Shown: positions 18,006 through 28,800, counted from the stretch's first letter. The stretch is DNA of 64,000 bases from a virus (IMGVR_UViG_3300049172_000080:31701-95700); one strand, 5' to 3'. Notes: generated from the sequence alone by a model not told the origin. Numbers and translations are program-made.

Positions 18006-19814
18006 GTGCCTATCCCCGCAGGAGTCGAGACGGTCACCGTCACCGACGGCGGCGTGCCTCTCACCGGGCCCGACGGCACCCCGCTGGAGGGGTCCTTCAC
18101 CGTGGCCGGACCGGACCTCGCCACGGTCGCCGAGGACGACTATCTGTTCGGCGGGTCCGCGCGCCGGTGGGTGAGGGCCGGACGGTTCGACCCCCTGCCG
18201 CTCGTGGCCACGGACGCCACTGGCATAGATCCGACCGGATTCTCCTACACGATCGTTTTCACCCCGCAGTACGGCACGGCTTGGACCCGGTACTTCCAGT
18301 TGCCGAAGGCCTCACCGTCCGTCGTCCTGGCGGACATCCTCATCCCTGATCCGGTGGCCGGCTCGCACGCTGTGCTCGTGAATCCGTCCCAGGTCGTCAT
18401 CGGCCAGGACCAGGTGACTGGACTGCCGGAGGCGCTGGACGCACTGCTGCCCAGGGCCGGCGGCTCGATCACCGGGGACCTGAGCATCTCGGGACGGCTG
18501 AGCACGGCCGGGGTGCCCTTGCCGTTGATGGTGCCTGCCAGTCCTCGCCCGGCCTACCGAGAGGCTTCCTGGTCGCAGCAGTTCCAGTCGGGGCACGGTT
18601 GGACGGCCTCGGGCTCCGGCGTCGGGTCTAGCGAACCCAACGACACCACGACTTTCTGCAAGGGAACGCAGAGCTTCCGCGTGACGACGACCGGCACCGG
18701 CGCCGTGGCGAACATCCGCCGTCTGGGATCCGCGCTGCCGGACCTGACCGGAAAGGCCCTCCGGCTGACCTTCCGCGTCTCGAACACCACATACCTGAAC
18801 CAGATCAACGTTCAGGTCGGCAGCGGCACGTTGACGAACACGTTCTCGTGGCGGCTGCACACGCACTCCGCCACGGCGGAGAACCAGGTGCTCAGTGGTG
18901 AGTGGACGGTCATGACGCTGTCGTGGGCGGACGTCCGCTCGACGACCGGCACCTACTCCATCAGCGCGAACGGCGTCCCCTCCGTGACCTCCGGCTTCAC
19001 GGACCTCCTCTTCCAGGTGGTCGACAACAACACCGGCAACCCGGTCACGGCCCACCTCCAGGCCGTGGAGGTCATCCCGGACACCAAGGAGAAGTTCCCG
19101 AACGGCGTTGTCTCCGTCACCTTCGACGACTCCTACGCCAGCCAGTACACCCTCGCCCGGCCGAAGATGGACGCCCTGGGCTTCCGGGGCACCCTGTACA
19201 CGATCTGCGACGTCATCGGAACGTCGTCGTACCTGACGCTGCCCCAGCTCCAGTCCGTGCAGGGCGCCTCGGGGTGGGAAGTGGCGGGCCACGCCTATTC
19301 GGTGGCGAACCACAACGCGAAGTTCAACACCTTGACCTCGGCAGTGGTGGAGGACGACATCCGGCGCACCCGGGCGTGGATGCTCGCCAACGGCTTCCCG
19401 AGCGACAGCTTCGCCTACCCAGGTGGGTTCTTCGGCCGGACCAGCGATGGCGCGTCCATCGAGTCCCTCACCTGCCGCTACTTCTCCAGCGGGCGGGGCA
19501 TCAGCAGCGCCGACAACCTGGAGAGCTTCCCGCCCCCGACCCCGCTGCGCATGCGGTCCATCACGGGGATTGGCGCCCTTGCCGGGGCCTCGGCCCGAGG
19601 TCTCCCGGCGAACCTCACCGGCCCTGGAGGATCGCTCGACCGCTGCCAGCTCGACGGCAACTGGACCACCCTGACCTTCCACGAGATCGTCACCGGCTCG
19701 GTCACGACGACGAATCAGTGCAGCCAGACCGACTTCAACTCGATCATGGACGCCATCGCAGCGCGCGGCATCCGCGTCCTGCCGGTGGGCGACGTCCTCC
19801 GGCTCAACGCCTGA
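18006..19814 (+). CDS. structural protein with C-terminal polysaccharide deacetylase (NodB/CE4-like) domain
   Basis: GTG start after AAGGGG. C-terminal VSVTFDDSYASQ..RGTLY..GHAYS motifs. Confidence 0.6.
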   Translation: MPIPAGVETVTVTDGGVPLTGPDGTPLEGSFTVAGPDLATVAEDDYLFGGSARRWVRAGRFDPLPLVATDATGIDPTGFSYTIVFTPQYGTAWTRYFQLPKASPSVVLADILIPDPVAGSHAVLVNPSQVVIGQDQVTGLPEALDALLPRAGGSITGDLSISGRLSTAGVPLPLMVPASPRPAYREASWSQQFQSGHGWTASGSGVGSSEPNDTTTFCKGTQSFRVTTTGTGAVANIRRLGSALPDLTGKALRLTFRVSNTTYLNQINVQVGSGTLTNTFSWRLHTHSATAENQVLSGEWTVMTLSWADVRSTTGTYSISANGVPSVTSGFTDLLFQVVDNNTGNPVTAHLQAVEVIPDTKEKFPNGVVSVTFDDSYASQYTLARPKMDALGFRGTLYTICDVIGTSSYLTLPQLQSVQGASGWEVAGHAYSVANHNAKFNTLTSAVVEDDIRRTRAWMLANGFPSDSFAYPGGFFGRTSDGASIESLTCRYFSSGRGISSADNLESFPPPTPLRMRSITGIGALAGASARGLPANLTGPGGSLDRCQLDGNWTTLTFHEIVTGSVTTTNQCSQTDFNSIMDAIAARGIRVLPVGDVLRLNA

Positions 19815-19826
19815 CAGGGAGGCGCC

Positions 19827-20606
19827 GTGGCTGAGATGGGTCCGTGTGAGGACTGGCCGGTCTACTGGACGTGCGACGTATCCACCTACTCACCCGAGCT
19901 GACCGAGTACGCGGTGGCGGCCGCCACGAGGGTGCTGTGGGCGCTGTCGGGGCGCCGGTTCGGACAGTGCGAAGTGACCTGGAGGCCGTGCGCGGAGGAC
20001 TGTGGGGACTGGGCATCCATCCCGCTGTGGGGCAGGGACTGGCGCGTCGGCTACTCGATGCCGCCGTGGGACTTCTACCGCCTCCCGTACTGCTCCGGGG
20101 GCTGCTCGTCCGGCGGATGCTCCTGCACGCACATCCCGACCATTCGCCTGTCCGACACGGTGAGCCGCGTCGTGGAGGTGAAGCTGGACGGCACGCCGAT
20201 GGTCACTGGCGCCTACCGGCTGGACGGCCGTGCCCTGATGCGCACCGACGGGCACACCTGGCCGCGCTGCAACAACCTCGCCCGGGACGACGACCAGCCG
20301 GGCACCTGGTCCGTGCGGGCAGTCGTCGGTGAACCGGTGCCGGACTCCGGGCGCCTGGCGATGGGCGAGCTGGCCTGCGAGATCGCCAAGGCCGGGACCG
20401 GGGCGGACTGTCGTCTCCCGCCGGGCGTGACGCAGCTCGTCCGCCAGGGCGTCACGATCCAGTACCCGGACATGGGCCAGTTGCTCAAGGACGGCAGGAC
20501 CGGCCTGTACCTGGTGGACATGTTCCTGGCGGCTGAGAACCCCGACGGCCTGAAGCAACGCGGCCGGGTGTACGACGTCGACCGGATGCTGAGGGGGCGA
20601 CCGTGA
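19827..20606 (+). CDS. head-to-tail adaptor-like protein
   Basis: N-terminal PCEDWPVYWTCD..A.RVLWALSGRRFGQCEV..RPC pattern, recalled from actinophage adaptors. Confidence 0.5.
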   Translation: MAEMGPCEDWPVYWTCDVSTYSPELTEYAVAAATRVLWALSGRRFGQCEVTWRPCAEDCGDWASIPLWGRDWRVGYSMPPWDFYRLPYCSGGCSSGGCSCTHIPTIRLSDTVSRVVEVKLDGTPMVTGAYRLDGRALMRTDGHTWPRCNNLARDDDQPGTWSVRAVVGEPVPDSGRLAMGELACEIAKAGTGADCRLPPGVTQLVRQGVTIQYPDMGQLLKDGRTGLYLVDMFLAAENPDGLKQRGRVYDVDRMLRGRP

Positions 20607-21103
20607 TCGAAGGGAAGGCGCGCTGGTACGTCGTCGGGCAGAACCTCGTAGCCGCCGTGCGGGCCGGGCTCACGTCCAAGCCGAAGCGGGCCGGGCAGGT
20701 CCCCGGGGACATCGCCTGGGACTCGTGCGACTGCGGCGGGATGCTCGCCGTGTCGCTGTCCCGGCTGTACCTCTCGGATAACTTCCCCGAGGAGTCCGAG
20801 ACGGTCACCGGAGCCTGCCAGCCTCCGTACGAGGTCGGACAGTTCACCGTGGCCGTGGTGCGCTGCGCCCCGAACCCCGACGGCACTGAGCAGGCCCCGC
20901 CCGCCGACGAGCTGGACACGGCCGCAGGACTACTGCTCCAGGACGCCACCGAGATGCTGGACGCGGTGGCCGCTGTGCTGTGCCGCCTGAAGAACGACGA
21001 CCAGGTGCTGGACTACCTGGTGACTCCGGTGGAACCGGTCGGACCTGAGGGCGGCTGCGTGGGCGTCAATCTGACCGTGCGCGTCTGCCTGGTGAGGAGC
21101 TGA
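20603..21103 (+). CDS. head-tail connector-region protein
   Basis: Overlapping GTG start. Assigned by position. Confidence 0.45.
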   Translation: MIEGKARWYVVGQNLVAAVRAGLTSKPKRAGQVPGDIAWDSCDCGGMLAVSLSRLYLSDNFPEESETVTGACQPPYEVGQFTVAVVRCAPNPDGTEQAPPADELDTAAGLLLQDATEMLDAVAAVLCRLKNDDQVLDYLVTPVEPVGPEGGCVGVNLTVRVCLVRS

Positions 21104-21104
21104 C

Positions 21105-21470
21105 GTGCCGGCCGCACGTATCGAGATCCGGGCCGGCGGGGTCAACGAACTCCTCCTCGCCCCCGACTCGCCTGTGATGAAGGAACTCCTTCGTAAGGCC
21201 CGCCGGGTGCAGCGCAACGCCCGGCGCATGGCCCCGGGGAAGATGGGCCGCAAGGTGCGCGCCGTGGTCGTCGGGCGGCACGTGCGGGTGGAGTCCACCC
21301 ACGAGGCGACGATGTACGTCATCAAGGGCACCCGGCCGCACCAGATCCGCCCGCGCACCCGTCAGGTTCTCAAGTTCACCACCAAGCGTGGCGTCGTGTT
21401 CGCCCGCGTGGTCAACCACCCTGGCACGAAGAAGAACGACTTCCTGACCAAGGCCTTGAGGATGGGCTGA
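21105..21470 (+). CDS. HK97 gp10-like head-tail joining / tail completion protein
   Basis: 121 aa with a C-terminal NHPGTKKNDFLTKAL motif. Confidence 0.6.
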   Translation: MPAARIEIRAGGVNELLLAPDSPVMKELLRKARRVQRNARRMAPGKMGRKVRAVVVGRHVRVESTHEATMYVIKGTRPHQIRPRTRQVLKFTTKRGVVFARVVNHPGTKKNDFLTKALRMG

Positions 21471-21473
21471 GCT

Positions 21474-21809
21474 ATGGATCCATGTGTCTTCTGCGAGATA
21501 GTCGCCGGTCAGGCCCCGGCCACTGTCATTCAGGAGTGGGACGATGCGCTCGCTATCGTGCCGCTCGGCCCGGTGGCCGACGGGCACACGCTCGTCATCC
21601 CCAAGCAGCACGTCGCCGACTTCGGTGAGAACCCGGACGTGTCTGGTGCCACGATGCGCCGGGCTGCCGAACTGGCTGCGGGCGGGCAACCGATGAACGT
21701 GATCACCTCCCGGGGACGCGAGGCCACACAGTCCGTGTTTCATCTCCACCTGCACCTGATACCACGCGCCAAGAACGACGGCTTGGCTCTGCCCTGGTAT
21801 AGCGGGTAA
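21474..21809 (+). CDS. HIT-family (histidine triad) nucleotide hydrolase/transferase
   Basis: CVFCEI N-terminus and the HLHLHLIPR histidine triad. Confidence 0.85.
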   Translation: MDPCVFCEIVAGQAPATVIQEWDDALAIVPLGPVADGHTLVIPKQHVADFGENPDVSGATMRRAAELAAGGQPMNVITSRGREATQSVFHLHLHLIPRAKNDGLALPWYSG

Positions 21810-21826
21810 CACGCTCCGGAACGATC

Positions 21827-22288
21827 ATGGTGCGCTCTGGGCTTACCGTGCGCGCCATGACCGAGATCAGGGACTTCACGAAGGCGCGGAGGGACATCTC
21901 CTTCCGCGTGGACGACGACATGTTCCACGCCGCGCGCGGTGTCCCGGCTGACGTGCTGCTGGACTTCGCCACGGAGTTCTCCAGCATGGAGACGAGCGCG
22001 ACCATCGACCAGCAGCTCAAGGCCTTCCGCTCGATGCTGGAGGTCGTGCTGCTGCCGGAGTCGCTGAAGCGGTTCAACGAGCGGATGCGCGACCGCGAGA
22101 ACCCCATCGAGATCGACCAGGTAGAGGACATCGTCACCTGGCTTATGGAGCAGTACGGGCTCCGCCCTACCGAACCGTCCTCGGCCTCGCCCTCTGGGCC
22201 CTCCAGCCCGGGACCTGGCACTACCTCGACGGTCAGTACACCGGCCGAGGTGTCGATATCCGCCAGCTCCCCGTCGATCGCTTCCTGA
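21827..22288 (+). CDS. tail assembly chaperone (upstream frame)
   Basis: Lies directly before the tape measure gene. Acidic, with a Ser/Thr/Pro-rich C-terminus. An alternative start is the ATG at 21857. Confidence 0.6.
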   Translation: MVRSGLTVRAMTEIRDFTKARRDISFRVDDDMFHAARGVPADVLLDFATEFSSMETSATIDQQLKAFRSMLEVVLLPESLKRFNERMRDRENPIEIDQVEDIVTWLMEQYGLRPTEPSSASPSGPSSPGPGTTSTVSTPAEVSISASSPSIAS

Positions 22289-22512
22289 ACCTCGTCTACT
22301 ACGAGATGAGCCAGCGAGCGGAGCCGCGCGAAGGCGAACCGGAGAACGCCGCACAGCAGCGGCTGGACTCCGAGCTGGAGGTGCGCCTGTGGCGTACCCC
22401 AGGCCAGGCCGAGCCCAAGCCGGTGGAGCTGGAAGAGGGCGCGCCCTGGTGGTGGCACGGCGACGAGGACGCAAGTCAGCAGTTCCTCGCCGCACGAGGG
22501 GTGGTGCTGTAG
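22201..22512 (+). CDS. tail assembly chaperone, -1 frameshift extension
   Basis: The -1 frame is open from before 22141 to 22512 (..VDRFLNLVYYEM..). A candidate slippery heptamer C_CCG_GGA sits at 22207-22213. The frame ends 1 nt before the tape measure ATG. Confidence 0.45.
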   Translation, partial: LQPGTWHYLDGQYTGRGVDIRQLPVDRFLNLVYYEMSQRAEPREGEPENAAQQRLDSELEVRLWRTPGQAEPKPVELEEGAPWWWHGDEDASQQFLAARGVVL

Positions 22513-25500
22513 ATGGCCGTCGGCACGCTGATCGGAGTCGGGTTCGTCCGTATCGACGCCGACACATCTCCGGCCATGAAGGCGGTACAGGGGCTGGGGC
22601 GGATCGGCTCGCACGCCCTCGCCAGTGCCTTCACGCCGGTGACGGCAGCCGTGGCGGCCGGGGTCGGCGCCCTGACGGCCACCCTGGCCTCTGCCGGCGC
22701 GGCGGGCGGCGCGTTCGCGGCGGCCGTCGTCCCGCAGTTCCAGAAGATCACCGAGGCCAGTCAGAAGCTGAAGACTGCGGAGGACGCCGAGGAGAAGGCG
22801 ACCGTCGCCAAGGCGCATGCCCAGAAGCTGGCCCGGGAAATGGGTGTCAAGTACGGCCAGCAGATCCAGATTTCCTCCGGCATGTCGGAGGAGGCCAAGA
22901 CCAAGGCGCAGGAGTACAACAAGGCGTTGAGCGAGGTCACCACCTCCACCAACGCCGCGCGCAAGTCGCAGGCCATCTACGACGAGAAGATGAAGGCGAT
23001 GTCCCCGGCCACCCGGGACACAGCCAACGCGTACCAGAACCTCAAGGACGCCGTAGAGGACTGGTCCGACTCTTTGTCGTCGACCACGATGCCGATCTTC
23101 ACGACGGGTCTGAACAAGATCCGGGAAATGCTGCCGAAGCTGACCCCGTTCGTGAAGACCGGTGCCCAGGAAATCCGTGGGTTCCTGTCGTCGTTCGGGG
23201 AGGGCCAGGCCGGCCGGGTCTTCTCCGAGTTCGGTAAGAACCTCCAGGCGAACGCCGGTTCCGCGCTGGGCGGTCTGCTGACCTCCATCAAGAACATCAC
23301 CGTCGGCGTCGTCGGCATGATCAACGCTTTCATGCCGGTGCAGAAGGACATGTCCGGCGGCATGGTGGAGCTGACGCAGCGTTTCGCCGACTTCGGCGCG
23401 AACCTCGGCAAGAGCGAGGGGTTCGCGACGTTCATGGAGCAGGCGCGCGGGGCTATCCCGCCGATCAAGGAGTTTGTCTCAGCTCTCGGCGACGTCGCCT
23501 CCGCAGCAGGCCCCCTGGGCGGCATCGGACTGCTGGTGCTCCAGGTCTTTTCGCAGATCGTGGCTGCGACGCCCACACCGGTGCTGCGGTTGCTCATTCC
23601 GGCGATCCTCGCCGTCAACGCCGGGATGAAGCTGTACGCCATCTACCAGTCGGCCTCGGCTGCGGCTACGTGGGCCTTCAGCACGTCGGTCGTGGCGAGC
23701 AACGGGGCCGTGGCCAGCAGCCGTGCGGCTCTGCTCCTTTTCCGGATCCAGCAGGCCGCATACGCCGTGAGTACGGCCGCGTCCACCGCAGCCACGTGGC
23801 TGTTCACCACATCGGTCACCACGTCCAGCGGCGCGGTGTACGCCAGCCGGGCCGCGCTGATCGCACACCGGATCGTCACGCTGGCATCTGCCGCAGCCAC
23901 CGGGATAGCCACAGCGGCCACCTGGGCGTTCAGTGCCGCGATGGCCGTCGCCACCTCTCCCATTACGCTGGTGATCGCCGCGTTGGTCGCCCTCGGCGTG
24001 GGGCTCTTCCTGTTGTGGAAGAAGTCGGAGACTTTCCGCAACATCGTCAAGGGCGCCCTGAGCGGCGTGGCCAGCGCGGCAAAGGCCGTCGGAGCCTGGT
24101 TCGCCGGACCCTTCGTCAACTTCTTCACCGGGGCCTGGAACGGGCTGAACAACCGAGTGTTCCAGCCGATCGGCCGGTTCTTCACGCAGACCCTGCCCGG
24201 AGCCGCCGCGATCGTGCGGGACCGTGTCACCGGGGCGTGGAACAGCCTGCGCGACCGGGTGACCGTAGCCTACGCGGCGGTCCGTGACCGGGTGCTGGCG
24301 CCCATCGGCCGGTTCTTCACCCAGACCATCCCCGGCTGGGCGCTGACCGTGGCCAGCCGGGTGACCGGATCCTGGAACGGCCTGCGGGATCGGCTCGTCG
24401 GGGTCTACGGGTCCGTGCGCAACCGGGTGTTCTCGCCCATCGGCAACTTCTTCACCCGGACCATCCCCGGCTGGGCGAGTACCGTGCGCTCGCGTGTGAG
24501 CGGCGCCTGGTCCGGGCTGTTGGACCGGCTCGTCGGGGTCTACAACTCGATACGCAACCGGGTGTTCTCACCCATCGGGAACTTCTTCACCAAGACCATC
24601 CCGAACTGGGCGAAGACCTTGCGCGACCGCGTGAAGAGCTACTTCTCCGCAATGCGTGACGGCATCGGCACCATCTGGAACGGCATCAAGTCCAAGACCA
24701 AGGCGCCCATCAACTGGGTGCTGGACAAGGTGTGGAACAAGGGGATCTACAAAATCTGGGGGAAGATCGCCGGCTGGGTCGGGCTGGAGAACAGCCTGAA
24801 AGAGATCAAACTGCTGGCGGCCGGCGGCACGGTCGGTCGGGCCACCCCGGGTGTCTTCAACAAGCCAACCGCGATCGTCGGCGAGGGCAACCCGAGGTAT
24901 CCGGAATTCGTGATCCCCACCGACCCCAAGTACGCCACGCGGGCACGGGGCCTGTGGGAGGCGGCCGGGGCGCACTTCTACGCGGACGGCGGCATCCTCG
25001 GCTCCATCAAGGGCGCCGTCGGCTCCGTGCTCGATACAGGCAAGAACCTGAGCAAGACGGCCCTGAGCTTCCTGTCCGACCCGGTCGACAAGGCCAAGGA
25101 CATGCTGATGGGCCCGCTGAAGAACATGACGCGGGCCATCGGCTCCAGCTCATGGGCGAAGATGGCCGCCCGGCTGCCGCGCATGGCCGTGGACGGCCTG
25201 CTCAAGGCCGTGACGTCCGTGGGCTCCGACCTGCTCGGCATCGGCGGATCCGGCGGCCCGGTGGACATCGGCGGCTCAGGTGTGAAGCGCTGGACCGGCG
25301 TCGTGCGCCAGGCCCTCGGCCTCGTCGGCCAGCCGCTGTCCCTGACGAACACGACGCTGCGCCGCATGAACCAGGAGTCCGGCGGCAACCCCAGGGCCGT
25401 CAACCTCTGGGACATCAACGCCAAGCGCGGCTATCCGTCGGTCGGTCTCATGCAGGTCATCCGGCCTACCTTCCAGTCCCACGCCGGCCGGTTCCGCAAG

Positions 25501-25890
25501 ACGGGGCCGTTCATGTACGGCACGTCCATCAACCCGCTGGCCAACGTCTACGCGAGCATGCGTTACGCGTTGTCGGCGTACGGCAGCCTGTCCCGCGCCT
25601 ACAACCGGCCCGGCGGGTACGCGGGCGGCACCGATGGTGCGACCAATGGATGGCATTGGGTCGGGGAGATGGGGCCGGAGCTGCTGAAGCTGCCCGCCGG
25701 TGCCCGGGTGCGCAGCCACCGCGCGTCGGTACGCCAGGCCGTCACCGCGTCCCCGTCCGTGATCCACCTGACCGTGGAGAACCACGGCGTGATCGGCAGC
25801 CGGCAGGAGACGCTGGACTGGCTGACCCACGCACTGGACCAACTCGACCGCCTCAACCGGCTGCCCCGTGCGGCGAGGAGGGCCGGATAG
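22513..25890 (+). CDS. tape measure protein with lytic transglycosylase (SLT) domain
   Basis: 1125 aa with Ala-rich helical and TM segments and internal tandem repeats. SLT motif ESGGNPRAVN..GLMQVI. Confidence 0.85.
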   Translation: MAVGTLIGVGFVRIDADTSPAMKAVQGLGRIGSHALASAFTPVTAAVAAGVGALTATLASAGAAGGAFAAAVVPQFQKITEASQKLKTAEDAEEKATVAKAHAQKLAREMGVKYGQQIQISSGMSEEAKTKAQEYNKALSEVTTSTNAARKSQAIYDEKMKAMSPATRDTANAYQNLKDAVEDWSDSLSSTTMPIFTTGLNKIREMLPKLTPFVKTGAQEIRGFLSSFGEGQAGRVFSEFGKNLQANAGSALGGLLTSIKNITVGVVGMINAFMPVQKDMSGGMVELTQRFADFGANLGKSEGFATFMEQARGAIPPIKEFVSALGDVASAAGPLGGIGLLVLQVFSQIVAATPTPVLRLLIPAILAVNAGMKLYAIYQSASAAATWAFSTSVVASNGAVASSRAALLLFRIQQAAYAVSTAASTAATWLFTTSVTTSSGAVYASRAALIAHRIVTLASAAATGIATAATWAFSAAMAVATSPITLVIAALVALGVGLFLLWKKSETFRNIVKGALSGVASAAKAVGAWFAGPFVNFFTGAWNGLNNRVFQPIGRFFTQTLPGAAAIVRDRVTGAWNSLRDRVTVAYAAVRDRVLAPIGRFFTQTIPGWALTVASRVTGSWNGLRDRLVGVYGSVRNRVFSPIGNFFTRTIPGWASTVRSRVSGAWSGLLDRLVGVYNSIRNRVFSPIGNFFTKTIPNWAKTLRDRVKSYFSAMRDGIGTIWNGIKSKTKAPINWVLDKVWNKGIYKIWGKIAGWVGLENSLKEIKLLAAGGTVGRATPGVFNKPTAIVGEGNPRYPEFVIPTDPKYATRARGLWEAAGAHFYADGGILGSIKGAVGSVLDTGKNLSKTALSFLSDPVDKAKDMLMGPLKNMTRAIGSSSWAKMAARLPRMAVDGLLKAVTSVGSDLLGIGGSGGPVDIGGSGVKRWTGVVRQALGLVGQPLSLTNTTLRRMNQESGGNPRAVNLWDINAKRGYPSVGLMQVIRPTFQSHAGRFRKTGPFMYGTSINPLANVYASMRYALSAYGSLSRAYNRPGGYAGGTDGATNGWHWVGEMGPELLKLPAGARVRSHRASVRQAVTASPSVIHLTVENHGVIGSRQETLDWLTHALDQLDRLNRLPRAARRAG
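24154..24693 (+). repeat. Four tandem 135-bp (45-aa) repeats inside the tape measure gene
   Basis: Units R(V)(F/L)xPIG(R/N)FFT(Q/R/K)TIPGWA..RV(T/S)G(A/S)W.GL.DR start at 24154, 24289, 24424 and 24559. Confidence 0.8.
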
Positions 25891-28800
25891 ATGGCAGTCG
25901 CCTTCCGCTCCATCGGCACCCGGCTCAAGGTCGACATGACCTCCGCGCCGAACCCGCAGACCGTCACCATGCCGCCGGGCCACGCCTCCGGGGACCTGCT
26001 GCTGCTGTTCCTCGTCTACGACAACAACGTGGCCCCGACGACCGAGCCCGGAGGCTGGACGCTGCTCGGTACGGCCAGTGCGGGGCAGTCGCTCCCGGGC
26101 GCGACCGCGTCCCAGGTACAGACGCGCGTGTACTACCGCGTGGCCACCGGGGCCACTCCCGGCGCCTCATTCTCGTTCTCGAAAGCAGCGTGGCCCACGG
26201 GGAGCCCGTTCGTCCTCGCTTTCGCGGCCGCCTACAGCGGGGTAGACCCGGCGGGCCCGATAGAGAAGTGGGGTGCGACCGGGACGGCGAACACAGCCGC
26301 GACGCAGGCGCACCCGCAGCTCACCACCGTGGCCAGCGGGGACTGGCTGCTCACCTTCCGCTCGGGCTCCGCCTGGCAGGCCCGCACGGTGACCGCCTCG
26401 GGTGGCACGAACACCGAGCGGGTGGACGACGTCGACGGCTTCGGCGAGCTGTTCGCCGCGCTGTACGACTCCGGGGCCGATCTCACCCCGGGGACGCAGA
26501 CGCAGCGCTCCACCACCTCTGCCGGCGGGGACGCCATCTGCCAGGGCGGCTCCACCATGTGGTCGCTGGCGCTGAAGCCGGTCACGGCCGCCGCCGTCAC
26601 CGTTGCGCTGCCCGGCACCGCCACCGTGTCCGCCACGGCCTACAACCCCACCGTGGTCACCGCTCCAGGCGGGTGGGATCTGTGCGGCGCCGAGGGGTTG
26701 CCGTCGTACTCCTTCCGCGTGGACTGGAACGCGGACGGCTCGTTCACCGACTCGGACTCTGCCGGGGACGCGTACGCGGCCGACACCTTCGGCCGGACGG
26801 TGGCCAGCGGCTGGGGTACGGCAGACACCGGGCAGTCCTGGACCGTCAACGGCGGCTCGGCGTCCGACTACTCCGTGGGCTCCGGGGCCGGCCGGCACTC
26901 GTGCTCTTCGCGGTCCGTGTCGCGGTTCAGCTTCCTGCCGGGCGCCGCGCCAGGTGCGGACATGGACGTCTCCGTCACCGTGTCCACCGACCAAACGGCT
27001 GTCGGCGGCTCGTTCCTGGCGTTCCTGCTGGCCCGGTTCACCGACACGTCCAACGCGTACATGGCCCGCCTGGACTTCAAGGCGACTCAGGGCATGGCGC
27101 TCATCATCCGTAAGCGGGTCGCCGGGGTGGAGACGGAGCTGGCCACCTTCACGCTGCCGTTCCCGCACACGGCGTCCGCGCTGTACCGGCTCCGGCTGCG
27201 CACGCTGGGCCCGTACATCCATGCCAAGTGCTGGCCGGACGGGGAGACGGAGCCGGCCTGGCAGGTGGCGGCGGAGGACTCCGCGCTGACCTCCGGATCC
27301 GGCGCCGGGGTGCGCACGTTCGTCGAAGGGACCACCACCAACACGCTGCCCGTCGGCTACGCGTTCGACGACTTCCAGGTGCGCGAGACCCTGGACCTGG
27401 AGGACGTCACCGACGACATCATCAGCGACATCTCGGTGAGCTACGGCCGGGACCAGGACCGCCAGCTCAGCCCGGCCGCTGTCGGCTCGGCGTCGTTCAC
27501 CCTGAACAACATCAGCGAGCGGCACAGCCCGGAGAACGCGGCGGGCCCGCTGTACGGGGACCTGGACCCGGCGAGGGCGATGCGAGGGGAGGTGACGTTC
27601 AACGGGCAGACGCACGCGCTGTTCAACGGCCGCATCGACGACTACACGGTGCACGCCGACTTTGCCGACCGCACAGCGGAGTTCACGTTCCTGGACGGGC
27701 TGAACGACCTCTCCGGCATCAAGCTCTCCACCGGCGTGTACAGCGCGCTGCGCACCGGGGAGCTGATCAACACGATCCTGGACCTGGTCGGGTGGACGGC
27801 CGCACGGGACATCGACCCCGGCGCCACGGTGGTGCGCTACTGGTGGGCGGAGGGCGCGGACGCCTTCAGTGCCATCACCGACCTGGTGAAATCAGAGGGC
27901 CCGCCTGCGGTCGCCTACGTCGCCCCGGACGGCCGGTTCGTCTTCCGCGACAGGCATCACCGGCTACTGCGCACGCAGTCGCGCGAGATCCGGGCGACGT
28001 TCACCGGTGGCCGGCTCGGGGACTGTGCGGCGGGCGCACCGCCGTCGGGCTACGACTTCACCAAGCCGTTCGTCTACTCGCACGGCTGGCGCGACATCGT
28101 CAACGCCGTCACGTTCGATGTGGAGGAGCGGACACCGTCGGCGACGCTGGAGGCGGTGTGGACGGATGAGTCCACCTACACGTTGAGCGCGGGGCAGTCT
28201 CTGGAGCTGGAGGTAACGACCTCCGACCCGTTCGTCGACGCGGCTCCGATGGTGGGCGGCCAGGACATCATTTACAGCGCCCCGGGCGCGGCGTGGGTGG
28301 ACAGGGTGCTGAGCCGGACCTCAGGCGCCTCGGCCACGCTGACGCTGCGGGCCGTGGGCGGCCCGGCGACCATCACCTACATACAGCTTCGCGCCCGGCC
28401 GCTAGCGGTGAACCGCACGGTGAAAATATCGCTGACAGACCCGGGCTCGATCACGCGGCACGGTGAGCGGTCCTACCCCGACGGTGCGCCGTGGGCGGGC
28501 CCGGCAGACGCGGAGGCCATCGCGAATATGGTCCTGCTGCACTACGGCAGGCGCCGGCCCACCGTGCAGATCCGGGTGGCCAGTTCGGACCCGGCGCACC
28601 TCATGCAGGTACTCCAGCGCACCGTCAGCGACCGCATCCGCATCGTCAACGAGGAGATGGGGCTGGATGGGGACTTCTTCGTGGAGCGGGTGACGCACAC
28701 GATCCAGCGTCTCGGCCGGCCGGGCCGCGCCCCGGTGCACTCGGTGGTGCTCGGGTGCGAGCGGGACCTGGTGGCGCCTTCGAACGCGTTCACGTTCGAC

